Part shown: piece after piece, positions 24,274-39,200 of the stretch | Numbering within the stretch: the first letter of the stretch is position 1 | How the letters are laid out: the number at the start of each line of letters is the position of its first letter | NCBI GenBank assembly: GCA_002633005.1 | Contig: NMRA01000089.1 | Location: 793,895-857,894, forward strand | DNA: 64,000 nt | Direction of reading: 5' to 3' | DNA from: Phoronis australis | Lineage: Eukaryota; Animalia; Phoronida | Program-made: the position numbers and the translations under genes | Notes under the pieces: model-generated | The model's input: only the letters and a program-made list of their open reading frames with translations | The model's database searches: none | Told to the model about the DNA's origin: nothing

Positions 24274-27200
24274 GTTTGTCGCTTTCAGCGGGTCGTAGTG
24301 CATGTGTTTATATCAAAGAGTCTGCGCCAGTTCTTTAACAGTGTAACTTGGATGTACGTCTATTAATGTTCAGCGCCCTCGATGCCTTGATTTGGGGGCC
24401 AGATATCGGTTTCTTTCCCCATGTGAAATATGTTTTAAAATCACATGCAATTTCCTCATCGGGCCCAAAATTCTCCAATAATTAAAAGATGTCCGTTCTA
24501 GTTTGGGATCTTCTTTAACTCTCTCAATCCTTCTTACTGATAGCAACTGTAGGGGAGATTTTCACCTCACCAGAAAAGTATTCCCCTCTGAGAAGCCACA
24601 GGCATCTTTACCCTCAGCTGAGCGAGGGATCCTGATATTTATAAAACTGGTCTCAAATTGAGATTACAAGACTGGGCATTTGAAGGACTTACAAATTTTG
24701 CTTATTACTTGACCAAATGTGTCTTTTTGTTACAACTGCTGCCTTTAGCAATTATCAAAAGTGTCAGTTCTTCCCAAACATAGAAAATTGTTACTTTCTG
24801 AGCAAAGAACTCTTGTTGGGGTCATTCCTTACATTAATGGTTTGATAAACCTAAATAGTCTTTTTTTGGCAGAAGGTAGGATCAAATCAGCGTTAATGCA
24901 CAAATATTCATATTTAATTTCAATTTTATGCTACTACTTATGAATTATGTAGTTTTGCTTGGAACTGTGATACATACAAAAGAGTGTATTTTTTTGGTTG
25001 AGAAATGTAGACTTAATTATTACCTGTAGCACTCTGCAGGGAGCAGGTAGTGCCATAAGTAGAACTGTTTCAACAGTGGAGAATTCAGTAATTGTCTCAC
25101 GGCAAGAAAAATGTACATAGCCTAAGTCACATACTCTCATTGAAAATACACGGCTAGATCTTGCGAAATCCTGCTTTTCTAGTGAGACACTAGCATTATT
25201 GAACTTGACCCAGAAAGAAGCATTTTAGTCCAGACTAAATTGATCTGTTGCACAATTGTCGTAGTTCAATCTGTTGGTGGGATAACATTATATCAATGAT
25301 TGTATTTTTTCTGTTGCTAAATGATTGTCTAATTTGGTATATTATTTTTAGTAGCTAAGATTTGATTTGATTTGATTTTTGCTCCAGAAAGGGCTTTCTC
25401 GATGAGAAGAGCCGCATATTACATAACCATGAATTGAAATGTTTCAGGTCAATACCAGATTGAAAAAGACCCAAGGGACATCTCCACAGTTAGCCGATGT
25501 AATGATGTAGCTAAGCCACTAGATGTCTCCACTTATGGTTTGGCGTATCCCACGCCAGGTTGTGCGAATGACAAAAAATGCACTCCAGTGCAGGGTGATA
25601 AACAAAAGTCCCTTTCTGCCCAGCAGGATTTGGTGAGGATTTTACTTTTGTTTTTATGCCTATGCTTACTTTTTAAAGCAATTATGAGTTGGTTCTATAG
25701 TTGTGAGGAAGTCCAATGTTTGCAACAGTTTCAAAATGATTTTAGGTTATCGCAAGCCTTATTTAGTAGCCTCCATTCTAACTCGTACATAAAAAACTAA
25801 GCTTTGTCAACTAGTAAAAGTGTATATTTTCTGAAAGAAAAAAGACCAGGGAATATAAAAATATGTTTTGTATTTATATACCATTATTATTTTTATGTTA
25901 ACACCTCTTTGAAGTCGAACTTTCAATATTTAAGAAAGGTACATTCATAGCAAAATAACCCCTCGGTCAATTTTAATGAAAACTTTTTTTAAAGGATATC
26001 TCAAAAATGCTGTTAGGAATTTTCAATTAGTCTTTTCGTTTGGTTTCTATGACAAATCAACTCGCAAAGCATAAGGTATTTTTGTAAAAAATAGAAGTCG
26101 TATTCATCTTTGTTACACTATGCAAAAACTAGGCCTATGTATTGGAAATCTTATCAGTGTTTTTGAGATTGATGAATAAATGTTAAGTTTGGGAAGTTTC
26201 AGTGAAATCCATCAAGCCGTTTTCGAGAACTCATGTTCCTAAGTTCAAAATAAAGTCGATTTGTTGAAGCTGAGAATAAGCCGATTAAACTGGGACAAGT
26301 GAAAATCTCAAAGTCTTCGGTTGAATATTCGGTGGAAATTTGTTTTCGGTCAATATAACCTATACATGCTGTAACCAGTTATTTCAATGTTCACTCGCAA
26401 TGTCAGCTGAATTTGCAGTACTTAATTATCATTAAAACGTAACGTCCCTAGCCACAAGGTGGGATCAACTGTTTTTACTGTTGTTTGACCTACTTAAAAG
26501 TAGGTCCCTACTTAAAAGTAGGTCACAGTTCATTGTTACACACATAGTCTTTACACATCACATGCTGGGAGACTGATATGAAACAAAGTAAGAAATGGAT
26601 AACAAAATCGAGTCAGTGGTTAAAGCATGTCGTTAGCATGAGATGGAAACAGCGAAATGTCCATTTACTTATACTGAATTATGGAATTAGGGTGAGGATT
26701 AGTCTCTTCACAACTTGCTGTGTTCATGACCACAGAGGCGTGAGGTGACTCGTAGCATTCGTTTTCAGCAGTCGTTTTTTCGGTTTTCCCTAGCACCAAT
26801 CTTTCATGTAAGTACACCTCGTTGACTCAATATTATTGTGACTCCGTGTATGAAAGGATTGAGGGTACAAACAGAGCTGCTCTGTACCTGGCAGGAGATT
26901 CGATTTGAGTGACTGCCCTGTAACCTTTGACCTTGAATAAGTAGCAAACAAATATCCAGGTGGTTGTAAGGTTCCAAGGTGGTTCTGCTAAATCTTTTTT
27001 TCTCGCTATACAGTATATATTTTGTATTTGAAGTTGCCCGGGAGTGAAGATAAGGTATTTTGCTAGACACGTGAAACATGGTAAAAATGACCAATTTTTG
27101 TGAAAAAGGTTTGAGATAAGCTTAAGTAGAAAAATAATGCTAACTCATTTGTTTTTTACATGGGGATTTTTGAGGTTTTTGCACTTTTTTTCAATGGGTA

Positions 27201-30200
27201 TGTGCATTTAATAGTACTAGTCTTATTTAAAGTACTTAGTAATCCAAATGGCTGACTGTTTACTTTTCTACATTTATTCATTTGGATTGAAAAATTAAAT
27301 CTTATTATTTTTATTACTGACTACAGCTCATTATCAATGAAATTGATGCTCACTACATCCACAAAGCGAAGGATGAATTCATTGAAATTTATGACCAAGG
27401 TCAAGGGCTTATTGATCTAACAGACATCACTGTTGCGTTTTTCTACACTGCAACTAACAGGTAAGCAATAGAGAATATTCTAAGTGTCTTAATTAGTAGT
27501 CCCTGTGTTTTCCCCGCTGTTACGAGTAGTTCAATGTTTTCTTAACGCTTTGAAATCGCTTTCAACGGTGGTGAAAATGAAGTGTTACTGTTGACTGAAA
27601 ATTCGCTGTTTGGCTTCAAGTTTATAAATGTGTTCGTGAATAAAAGTTATGGCTATAATTAATTTTGCATTTCAGTTCTTACATAACGTATGACCTGAGT
27701 GGTTATAGGACAAACGAGCAAGGTTACTTCACCATTGCATCCTCGGGGGATTCAGCAGACTTAATTGTACCTATACGTTATCGCTACTTCCTGGATGAAC
27801 ACCTAATTACATTGTACAAAAGGAAATTCCGATATATGAAGGTACTACTTTTGTTTTTATTGTACCAAATAATTGTGGCAAGGGTTAAGTGCTCACAGAT
27901 AGCAAAGTTATGAAGGGTTTTTATTCACCTTGGAAAATAATTCGGCTGAAATAAATTTGGGCCCTGAATCTAGTCTTTTACTCGAAATCAAACTCACAAT
28001 TATTTTAACAATTTCTATTCTACTTGTGTAACTCGTATGCATAATCCATGTTGCACGCAGACCAATAGACACTTGTCTTGAGTTCACACAACATAGAACA
28101 AAAAATGGAATATGATTTCATGTTCAAAGATTAGTCACCTGGGCCCTGGTGTTCATTTAATGGTATATCATGTGAGATGTAGGCCTATTTTGACTGTTGA
28201 GTATTTTTAAGTCAAGTCACACTTTTTGAGTGCTAAATCGGAGACAGAATGATAAAACCATGGCCTGAGTGGTGTTCTTTTATTGTTAATTTGATTTATT
28301 TGAGTTTAAATTGTATGGTACTCTTAATTAATAATGGTGTATAGCCCTGTTTAATTCATAATTTATCAAACTATCACGTTTTTAAGTCTGGTCAGCACTA
28401 CCTGAAACTATTAAATTTCAGCTGACTACCACCAATTTACTGGACGCGGTCCTTTTCAAGAAGGGTGGTGAGCCGGACAACACTGCACTACTCAACTATC
28501 TTCTTGTACCCCCTGGACAACCTCAGTTGGTGGTCAGGCCCACGGGATTCATTTGTAAGTATATTGAAGATACACCTAACCATTGGACTTCCATGTGCCC
28601 ACATTTATTTGGGGACTAGCTTTTGGATGCAATCATAATTGCCTAGGGCAAAAAGGTTCCAGTTTGGAGCAGTCTCTGAAATTTGGGACACCGAAATTCA
28701 AAACTCAATTTTTTATTCTAAAGCTTGGGACATGGGTACTTTTGATGTTCATCATATTTCTCAAATATCAGATGCTGTATTTTGTTGCAGCAGAGTCGAA
28801 AGTAGTCTTAGCAATTCATATCTTTGTCAAAAGTAGCCACTGACGCTACATTGTGTGATACATCAAAATGAATGATTGTCGGTCATTGGCTTTTAAATTT
28901 GGGAGAGCCAATATTGCCCATTTCTAATCTTTGTTGCAAGCTCCAACCTTGAGCAATTAAAATAATTATTAACTGAAACTGTACTGCTCGTTCATCTGAA
29001 AAAGAATTACTGGAAATCTGGTCACTGTTGATTTTCTTATTATGTGAAAAATCTGCTTAATACCAAATTAGATAAAATGTCTTTTCAAATAAACGTACAT
29101 TGATCAAGCCGTATCTCCTTAACATTTTGCAGGATTTTTGTGAATTTTGGCAAATGTATTCCTGTGACTACAGATGACAACAACAAGTTACAGACTAATT
29201 CGACTACAACTGTGCGCCCTAGTGGGAATTTTATTCTGTTACATTTTGCCTCTGGAGTTACGAGATGGATTTTCATGAAATTTGGCAAATAGGTCTCTGT
29301 AAAGAAGATGACCATGCCTTACTATTTTCAGATGGATTTGACATATTCTGAACAATATGGTGGCCATTTTTAAAATTATAGATAACGTTTTTGGCATCTA
29401 CATCTATATGGCAAATTGAGAAGATTCTTAGGAAAATTGGCAGATGTGTTCCTGATAAGAAGAAGGGTTCTACACCTGTGGCGCTTCTTAGTGGCAATTT
29501 TTCATGTTTGCATTTGTATCGTTGGAGTTATTAACAATTTTTTTGGAAAATTTAGGGAATAGGTTTCTACCATGTGTTTTATTTTTCATACGGTTCGATG
29601 TAGTCTGCACCACCTAGTGGCCAGTTTTATTATTTAGAGTCCATTTTATTTTTGGCATCCCTCTCTTTATCTGCCAAAATGGCCAAAGAATCATTATTAA
29701 ACTTTAGTTAGCAGTGTGTTCCATAATGATTAGACCATGGTTGACATTTATTTTTAGATTGGTCTGACAGCTGTAGCGTCCCCTAGTGGTGATATTGTAT
29801 TTTTTGCAACCATGACTGTTAAGCTCATGATTCCTTTGCAGGATCTTTGTGAACTTTTGCAGTTGGTTTCCTGTAGATGTGCCTGATGACTGTCTACAAC
29901 TTTGGATGGCTCTGACTGCCGCTGTGCCCCCTAGTGGCAATTTTAGCTTTTACGTTTGCCTCTGTATCTTTGGAGTTCCTATTAAAGTGGATTTTCATGA
30001 AATTTGGGGGGTAGTTTTGTATTAGAGAGGTGACGATTCCTTCTCAATTTTGAGCAAGTTCTTTGACGTACTTTGCTCCATCTAATGGCCATTTTTATGG
30101 TACTGAAAAGACACCTGTAAAAACACACAGTTTGCAGTACAGTTGTGAGTGTATTTCAATGCTCTGTGTTGCTTATGTTCTTACAGCTCATGAAAAAACT

Positions 30201-33200
30201 AGTTGCTGTTTTTATTGGTATGCAGCCATATAGTGAGTTTCAGCAGAGGGCGCCACACACCGCTGTAGTGTTAGGTATACTGGTGAAATGTAATGTAATG
30301 TGTTGCCTTGTCTTTCAGCCAATACCAGCCTGTCCAGATGTTACTCTAATCAGGCCAGGCTTAACACAGCGTTCAGTGTTACCAGCATCAGAACCCCTGG
30401 AGGACCCAACCATTGTGAGCTGCCCCCAGTGGTGATTAGTGAGATTAATGTTCACAGCACACAGGGAAACAGCATGGATTTTGTGGAGCTCTCTTCTTTG
30501 GGAATCCCATTTTTCCCCCTAGATCGTGTCGTAGAGGTCCACTATAATGCTCTGCAACAGTACAATAGTATTTCTTGGTCTCAAGTACTTGTTGAGCAAA
30601 AAACAGATGCGAATGGATTCTTTGTAGTGGGCACTAGAACATCGCCAAACACATCTTTACAGATCAATAAAGATTTTATTGCGGTAAGTAGTTCTCGTAA
30701 GATTACTTGAACCAACTTGTACATTACAAGACATTGTTTCCCCATTATTACAAGTAATTGTGTTTCTAGCAACAATGATGGGTAATAATTATTATGATGA
30801 CAAAATTGTAATTACAGAATGACTCCCTTCAATTCCTTTTCATTCTCGATCTTAAGAAAAGACTACACTGACGATGCAGTTTCTTCCATTGTTATTAAAT
30901 CTATGGTCAGGTGCATAGAAAAAGTTAAACAAATTATTAATATTGTATATTTGAGTCACTTGATGGAGAAGCCTGTTTTAAACCATCAGGTCACAGGCTC
31001 CAGTAAAGCACTGTCTCTATTCAATCAGTATCACCTCCTTTGCCCACTGATGTTATGAGCTGTGTTTGATCACTTGCTATATGCCAAGTACCCTATTGTT
31101 ATGTTGTTCTGTCACGACCTTTACTATGATGTCTCACAACTCACTGAGGTCCCATTTCATTCTTGCTTTCGATGAATGTAGTGCACATTGGAAGTACTGT
31201 GGTCTAACAATTTTTCTATCGTTTGTTCCTTTAACGATGTCGCTTAAGGAGCTACTGCACAGATGCGATCCGCACACAAAAAGTATTTTTAGACAATACT
31301 AGAAATGCTTGAAGAATTTATCTAACAATCAATGTCAAATCATTTTTTAACAAAATCTGCATCAGAGAGACACTACTACCGAATTATAATATAATTATTA
31401 ATTCCATTCTTATGTTCTGTCATTTTAGAATGGACCCAGTGCTATTGCTCTATATTATGGCACAAGTACTAGCAGCCTGTTCCAGTTGAACGATAAAGTT
31501 CACAACCATAGTCTGATAGATGCTGTTTGTTATGGCACTAAGCTATTGGGTGGTTATGTTAGCAGACAAGTGTTGGAGACACTGACTCCAGGTCGTCAAC
31601 AGGTGAGATTTGAGCAGTGTAATCACTGCAGTTCTCGTCCACACGTTGATGAGGGGTGTTGATGTCTACTTGTAGAAAAGCCCTCGTACCCTGGCTGAAA
31701 TCTCAACTGTTCATTAGCTTTCAAACATACTTGAAAATATACCAATTCCAACTTATTAAGAACTTCTTGAAATGATGAAAGTTGTTGAAATTTGTGCTTT
31801 AAATGTGTTATTATTAAACCACAAATAATTCCTTTTTTATTTCTGGTCCTTTTTATATTAATATAAGTGGCCCTAACATTTCTGTTTTCATGTTTCCCAT
31901 TGGCTCTCTCGAGCTGGTTGTTTCTTTGGCAACTTGAGCAGATATTGAGCATTCAACAGCTTTGGTTTACTATGCAAAGCATGTTTGTATCAATGCCCAA
32001 TCATTCATAGCCATCTTGTCAAGCATTAAGAATTTTAGCTTTGCCCATCTTGAGAATGGACTGCAATGGAATTCTTGTGTTACAGATAAGTGTCCATTCT
32101 AGAACTGTATAAGTGCATCTTTGTGGAAATGAAAGTTATATAACGTTGCTTGGACTCACTGTGATGCCGATAACAGTCACATTATCTTGAGAACAAGTTT
32201 GGTACTGGTTATTCAGTAGAGAAATAGAGAAAACTGGTTCTCAAATTGTGGGATCCCTGAATTTAAGTGACTTTTACTGTGGTGCTTAATCATCCACTCA
32301 TGTAGTACACAAAACACAGTGTGCTATGCCAGTCTAGCTAGGGATCGAATTCTCGCCTTATCTGCATTGAATATCATCTCATTGTTTAAGAATCTAGAAT
32401 CCATTACTTTGATTCTGTAGGTGACAGAGCCCATAGGCCACTCTGTACGAGACGAGTCCATCAATAGATGTGAGACCGTGGACGGTGTCGTGTATCTGAT
32501 GGGGTCGCTGTCTGCTGGGAGTGAAAACGTTTGCAACATGACTCGGCCTACACTACCTCCCCCTAAAATGACGTTAGATCCACCAGGTCAGTAAAGTGTG
32601 GAGGAGTGTTGTGGGAAGGAGGAAGGACGGGCGGTGAAGGGAAATGGAGATTGATGAGGGATTGAGAGAAAAAGAAACTAATTGTATATTTTGTGTATTA
32701 GATTCATTTTATTGACGTTTCTGCCTCCTTTTATTTTGTACTGTAAGCTTGTCGAGTTGGTAGTTTTGTTTTTTAAATCGTAGCTCAACCAATAACGTAT
32801 GGTTTAATAATTTGTGAAGGATTTTAATTTATTTTGGTTTTATGCACAAACAAAAATATTGATGTTGTTTAATTAAGGAAAAGTTTCCTTAAATTAGTTT
32901 GTTTGTTTGTATTCAATTTATTACAGAGTTAATCATCAATGAAGTGGACAGCACTATACCTACACACCCAGAGGAAGCATTTATTGAACTCTACTCGGCG
33001 CGTACACCAAACTTTGGTTTAGATGGTTACACCCTTGTGTTCTATGATGCTGTTGACAGCCTATGTTACCTACTATTTGATCTGTCTGGGAGGAGGTAAC
33101 TGCATTTGTTGTGATGTCACTCTTGTGTGTGTGTGAGAATTTGCCTGAAGTTAGGTTTAACTCGTCACTAAATGGGACAGCAATATTGCGTTGGAGAAAA

Positions 33201-36200
33201 ATAAATATTTTTTATTTTGGCCTGTGTCATGAGAGAGGGTATCAACAGGAAATGTGGGTGCTATTTTATCTATAATGTTCTGTAGAAGTTCTTCAGTTTG
33301 AGTGCGTGTGTACTTGGTTTGATTACAAAATTGTTGGTTCACAAAATGCTCGGTTGATTTGTTACTGGTTTCTTATGTGGTTTCTTGTTTCTTCAGGTGG
33401 TCAATTGGTTTATTAGTTAATTGGTGTTAAATTGATGGATGCTGTGAATTGTTGCACACTTTGTCGTAGTAATATACGGATTGACTTCTGTAGGACCAAC
33501 AGCAATGGATACTTTGTGATTGGTGGAAGTCGTGTAAGCAGCGCAGCTCTGATCACCAATGAAACATTAATACAGCGAGACCTTGATGCGATAGTGCTGT
33601 ACTATGCACCAGCTCGTTGGTTTGTTAAAGGTATTGTGCTGGAGAAAGGCATTATCTTACCTGTCCATCCTGAAATTATCGTTATCGTTCTCTAAGTTTG
33701 CCTTTTGTTGGTAACTCAGATCACGTTTACATACATCTGGTGTAGACCACGTTTGTTTTAGAAGTAGGATTCATTCGTCTCTCTCTATAAGCAATCCCTC
33801 ACTGTTCCAATATTTCATGGGGTCTGAAATAGTGTGGTCACAAATTGTTGTTCGACTGTTGAGTGTAATCTAATGAAATATAGATTTAACCCATTAATAC
33901 AACTAGGGCACTATGTAAAGAAGACATGAAAACTCCAGTAACATCAAAATGTTGAATCATTTGCACCAGTGTGAAGTTCATTAACTGAAACTGTTGTTCG
34001 CGTTAACTGGATTATTTGTCAAACTGCATCTTACATGGGCAAACTCATATTTCAAGTCGAGGCTTTGTAGGTAAACACTTGGTATTTTAACCAGTGCAAA
34101 TTGCAGGAGTCCAAAGAAGAATTAATTAAATACTATTGGATGGGCCAGTGTTTTCAAAATGGGCTGAATGTCACTTATGTAGCCAGTCAAAGATGTTGAT
34201 GACATATGTTCTTTTCCATATCTCGCATATATTCATAACACACGCACGCACACACACACACTCACACATATCCCTTGGAATAATATTGGCATTTTATTAT
34301 AATTGTTTTTTATGTCCAATTAATGTTTACTGTTTCTCAGCTTTGGTCATAACACACACACACACAAACACACACAAACACACACANNNNNNNNNNNNNN
34401 NNNNNNNNNNNNNNNNNNNNNNNNNNNNNNNNNNNNNNNNNNNNNNNNNNNNNNNNNNNNNNNNNNNNNNNNNNNNNNNNNNNNNNNNNNNNNNNNNNNN
34501 NNNNNNNNNNNNNNNNNNNNNNNNNNNNNNNNNNNNNNNNNNNNNNNNNNNNNNNNNNNNNNNNNNNNNNNNNNNNNNNNNNNNNNNNNNNNNNNNNNNN
34601 NNNNNNNNNNNNNNNNNNNNNNNNNNNNNNNNNNNNNNNNNNNNNNNNNNNNNNNNNNNNNNNNNNNNNNNNNNNNCACAACTGTCAAACACACACACAA
34701 ACACACACACACTCACTCGCTCACTCACTCACACATATATCACTTGGAATAATATTGGCATTCATTTTATTCTTGTTTTCTATTCCCAATGGATGTTTAC
34801 TGTTTCTCAGCTTTGGTCAGGTCTGTAGCCATAGCTTTTGCAATTTCTTGTTTAGGTAAAACAAAGATTATGCTCCAGAACATCGTCGATTATGTCATCT
34901 TGGGGGATAAAGAAGTGTCACGTGACCCCTTGTTCAACGAGCTTTACCCAGGTCAGCTGGTGCTCAGCGAGAATGACATGGTCCCTTACGGCAGCGACAG
35001 GTCCATATCGCGATGCCTCAGCCACAAACCCATGTCTCAGAGGGAGTTCTTCATATCGCCACCTACACCAGGTCTGTCTTCATACTAGGTCTTGTGTATC
35101 TGTATGGTCTTGTCTACATTTAACTCGTGTGCAGTGAATCGTGTTGTGGTTACCAGCTTAGTGAAGGCAAATGTTTTGCGTGTTTGGTGAGATCACTTGA
35201 ATGCAATGTGTAGATCACACCAGTGCTTGGTGAGTAAGCACACAATCTTGCCTGGCAGGCACTAGGGTATGGGCGTTACTGAATGTCACTTGACAGCTAC
35301 TGAGTGTGTCTAATGTGTGTTAAAATTCCCGCAATACTTACCACGCACCCAGACATGCAGTGTTACCACACAGATGTGGTCTGTAGCCTTGAACACGATA
35401 TCTGGCTGTTAGTTTTCTGCAAGTTAATGCATTACTTTCCACACTGCTCTAGTCGTGTAGCAGTGTGTTGAGTGTTACTTAATGTAAGGGCTGTTCCAGT
35501 AAAATCTGTATGGGAGGGGGGGAAGGCACCTTTTTTTTGCACCCACCACCCATATTTTTCATTTATTTCTTCAGCCTACCACCCGTAATTTTTTATAAGT
35601 TAAAAATGCAACCACCCGTAATTTTTTTTTGTTCTTCTGGTTGACTGCACAGGCGCTTGAGTTTACCTGTTCCACCATCACCACTAACGTCATTAATTAC
35701 TAAGAAAACATACGTTTCTTATATATCATGGTTGTTAGCCATCGAGAAATTCGAGTACCTGTGGTTAACTGGTGTTATGGGCATGATGATGAGGAGATCG
35801 GAGGGAGTGAAAAAGTCGGAGCTTTTTGCAAGTTGCATTTTGTTTCAGTTTTTGATTCTGTGCGGATTGTTTATAAAATTTACTAAAATTACCCACCATC
35901 AAACATTTATGGCCTAATGAAACAACAACAACCTGTATATTTTAATTTTTTTGAAGTACGACCACCAGCCATTTTGAATTTAAATCAAACCCAACCACCC
36001 ATAAATTTTTATTTCAGTTGCCTTTCCCCCCCTCCCACACAGATTTTGCTGGAACAGCCCTAAGAGGAGGCTGTTCAATTTATGTTTATACCCCCCCTGT
36101 TTCTATTAGACGCCCGTGTAATTAGTGTTGAATTCCATGCTATTCTAATGAATGCAAAATGACAGATTTCTGACTCCCAGTCTAGATGCCCAACCGAAAA

Positions 36201-39200
36201 GTTAATGAATCCTGATGAAGGTGTATACAAACTCAGCTGTCTGTTCAACCCTCTATTGTGTCTAGTGACATCTGTTTATTAAACACATCGAGGAGGTCTT
36301 CACATTTTACTATTAAGAAGCTAAATTTTTTGGTAATTTGATGGATGTGAGAATTTTCCTCTCTTCTATTCTTGGTTAATTGCAATAGCCACATGGCTTA
36401 GTCGCCCCTCATGTTAGTTCGTAGGAAAAGAAATGTGTTCGTTCGTAAGAAAAAGAAGTACTGCAGTTAATGATAAAGGAACTACAATCACTGTTAGTGG
36501 GAACGAATGCACTGTCTATAAGGGAAAAATAGTTACTCCTTTGATAGTTAGGGTTGCCAAATTAGAGTGGAGGCACCACAGTGCAATGTATATAACGCCA
36601 TCATTTAAAATATTCATAAAATAAATAAAAACGAAACCATTTTTGTGAAATATTGATTATGAACGTGATGTCTGCGAAGTCCAAGAGTAAATGTTTGAGT
36701 CAGTGATGGTTCTACTCTTTGTTCAATGACTGCCATTTCATCAGTTTGTTATTTGTGTGCTACACGCATTTCCATTTGCAGGAAAGAAAAATAACTGCAC
36801 CAGGCAACAAGTACTTATTAATGAAGTCAGCATCTCAGTAACACTAGATAAGGAGACCGACTTTGTTGAGCTATTCGATGGTGGCGCGGGTCGCACACCT
36901 CTCACCGGTCTCACAGTTGTTTTCTTTGAGGACGTAGGGGCCAAGCCGATACGTGCCGTAGATCTGACAGGCTACCAAACCAACATCAAAGGATACTATC
37001 TCTTGAACATTTCTAAGGTCATAAGCAACAATAAGGTCGCCTTCAACGCTTGTGTAGCTGTGACTATCTATAACGTAAGATTAACGGTAGACTTTTCACT
37101 TTTAGTCTTGTTACTCGTATAGCTTACAGTAAGCAGAATTCCATATCTTGGCAGTTCACTCTCGCTACTCAGATGGTGAATTCCACTTGCATTCGTCAGC
37201 GAGCTGTTAACCATCGTGGCTGGAAAATAGTATTTTGTCTGATTGTATAGTATTAGATATGGAGGATTTTTTCCTGTGGATGCATTTCTATGTTAGACCC
37301 CACAAAACATTAATGACCAAATGCTTTGTTTCGCAACGGCTTTCATAGCCTTTAATATATTTCAAAAATCTCAATGACTGTTTGAATTAATGTTGTATTT
37401 ATTACAATCTATTGCCAATTTCATTGTATTTGTCCCCTAGTAAATACTGTGACTAAACTTGAAGAAGTTGGTATGGATTGTTGGTCTGACTCTCTTTATT
37501 CTGCTAAAATATGTATTTTTTGAACCACCGGTCCATCTTTTGCAGGCCCACGGTGATGAGTTCCCTGTTGACTCTGTAGCCAACACAACAGACTTGGTGG
37601 ACGCTGTCATCTTCCACTTCAGAGACACAGATGCCCATTTGCTGCGTGATATACTGTTACCAGGGCAGAAGATTCTGACTGCAGATTTTCAAGTATGTAT
37701 CACTGCACGACAATGACTCCTTTTACAAAGGTCTTTTAAAATAAATTAAAAGAGGAAGAGCTGAGTGCTAAAATTTTGTTTTTGATTATAAAGCATGTTG
37801 GTTATTTGAATTGCCACACGCTGGAATTTTTTTATATTCAGCCATGTTTTGTATGCTTGGAAAGACACATTTCACTTTTTTGTTGCTCGTTAGTAATGTT
37901 GTGCATACTTTCAGAAAGTAACATGATTAAAGTCTTCATTTTAACTAACGCTGTTATTTTAGGAAACTCCACAAACCATCAAAAAGTATCACATGACCCC
38001 AAAATTAAGCCTATTGGCCTGTACTTGGAAAAAACCCACAAGGGTTGATTTATTAATCCTGTTAGCAGAAATTTCCAGTAAAGGTAAATAATTTATTTTG
38101 GAGCTCTTGGAATAATTACGCCTCATACATTTTTAATAAAAATGTTATTAATGTGTTGGTGTTTTTGAAAAATATGTGACATGTTTTAGATAAAAACCAA
38201 AATGCTGTTATGTTGGTATATTTTTCAAAACTGTGTCCAAAGATGAAAATGAAATGGTGTCAAATCTTCCTTCTTGAATTCACAATTATTTACCGTTCCA
38301 ACAGTTTGAGGTTGATCACGGGATTCCTAGAGATGCTACTGTCACATTTACAGGCATCTAGTCGGATATAAGATCAGACACCCTCGTCTTCTCAATTGGC
38401 TTCAAATTCCGTACACTATTCTAACTTGATAAAATAAGGAATTCTATTGATCAGCTCTGCTAAGTAAACAGTTCATTAACAGGGCTTCTACAAAAGGGAT
38501 TAGAAAAAGCCAATTAACAGCCTGTACCAAGAGATTCACACAACCTCTTGACCTTGAAGTGTGAACCTTGGGAAGTTAGTGGTTGGAACTTTTAATATTT
38601 GAAACCATAGATTAATATTTGAATTTATTGAGATCCCGCAAATTATTTTTCATTTGCAGCAAGGAACAAAAAGTCTGAGACGATGTTGTTGGGTTGCTAA
38701 GCAGCTGACCACATTTGGATGGGCCGATCCAACCCCAGGGTTACCTAACAACTGTAACAAATGTCCCTCCGAGCAATCGTCGACCCAAGGTGTGACCACG
38801 ACGCCATATGCACCGCCGAACCATCTACCGGACGTCGTCATCAATGAAATTGACAGTGACCAGCATGGTCCTGATACGCATGAGTTTATAGAACTAAAAG
38901 GTATATTTATTTGCTTTTATTTTGTGCGTAACCTTGCCAGCAAAGTCTGCACTTAGACGAAAATAAAGTTTGAACTTAGCACAGCGTAGGTCATGCTTGC
39001 CCGTTTAGCAGATTTAGAAAGAAGTTTTCAAATTTTCCCCAAACTTTTGAGGGCTGTCCAAGGTTGCAGCAGTGGCGCATTTAGGGGGGCAAGGAGGTCA
39101 TGCTTCCCCTCCCCCCTAAAATTCCCCCATATTCCATTTGGCAGTTCGAGGGTGCGAATGTCTGACGGGCAAAATCCTGGCTAATACTCTGGCCTAACCC

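Noticed and set aside
34136-34828. Long ORFs of 114-230 aa spanning the N-run
   Set aside because: They are artefacts of the 290-N gap and the (CA)n microsatellite. The flanking exons already join in phase, so no exon needs to be hidden in the gap.
35160-35450. Possible tRNA-derived SINE on the minus strand
   Set aside because: Only a weak B-box-like GTTCAAGGC; no convincing A box, tail or second copy.
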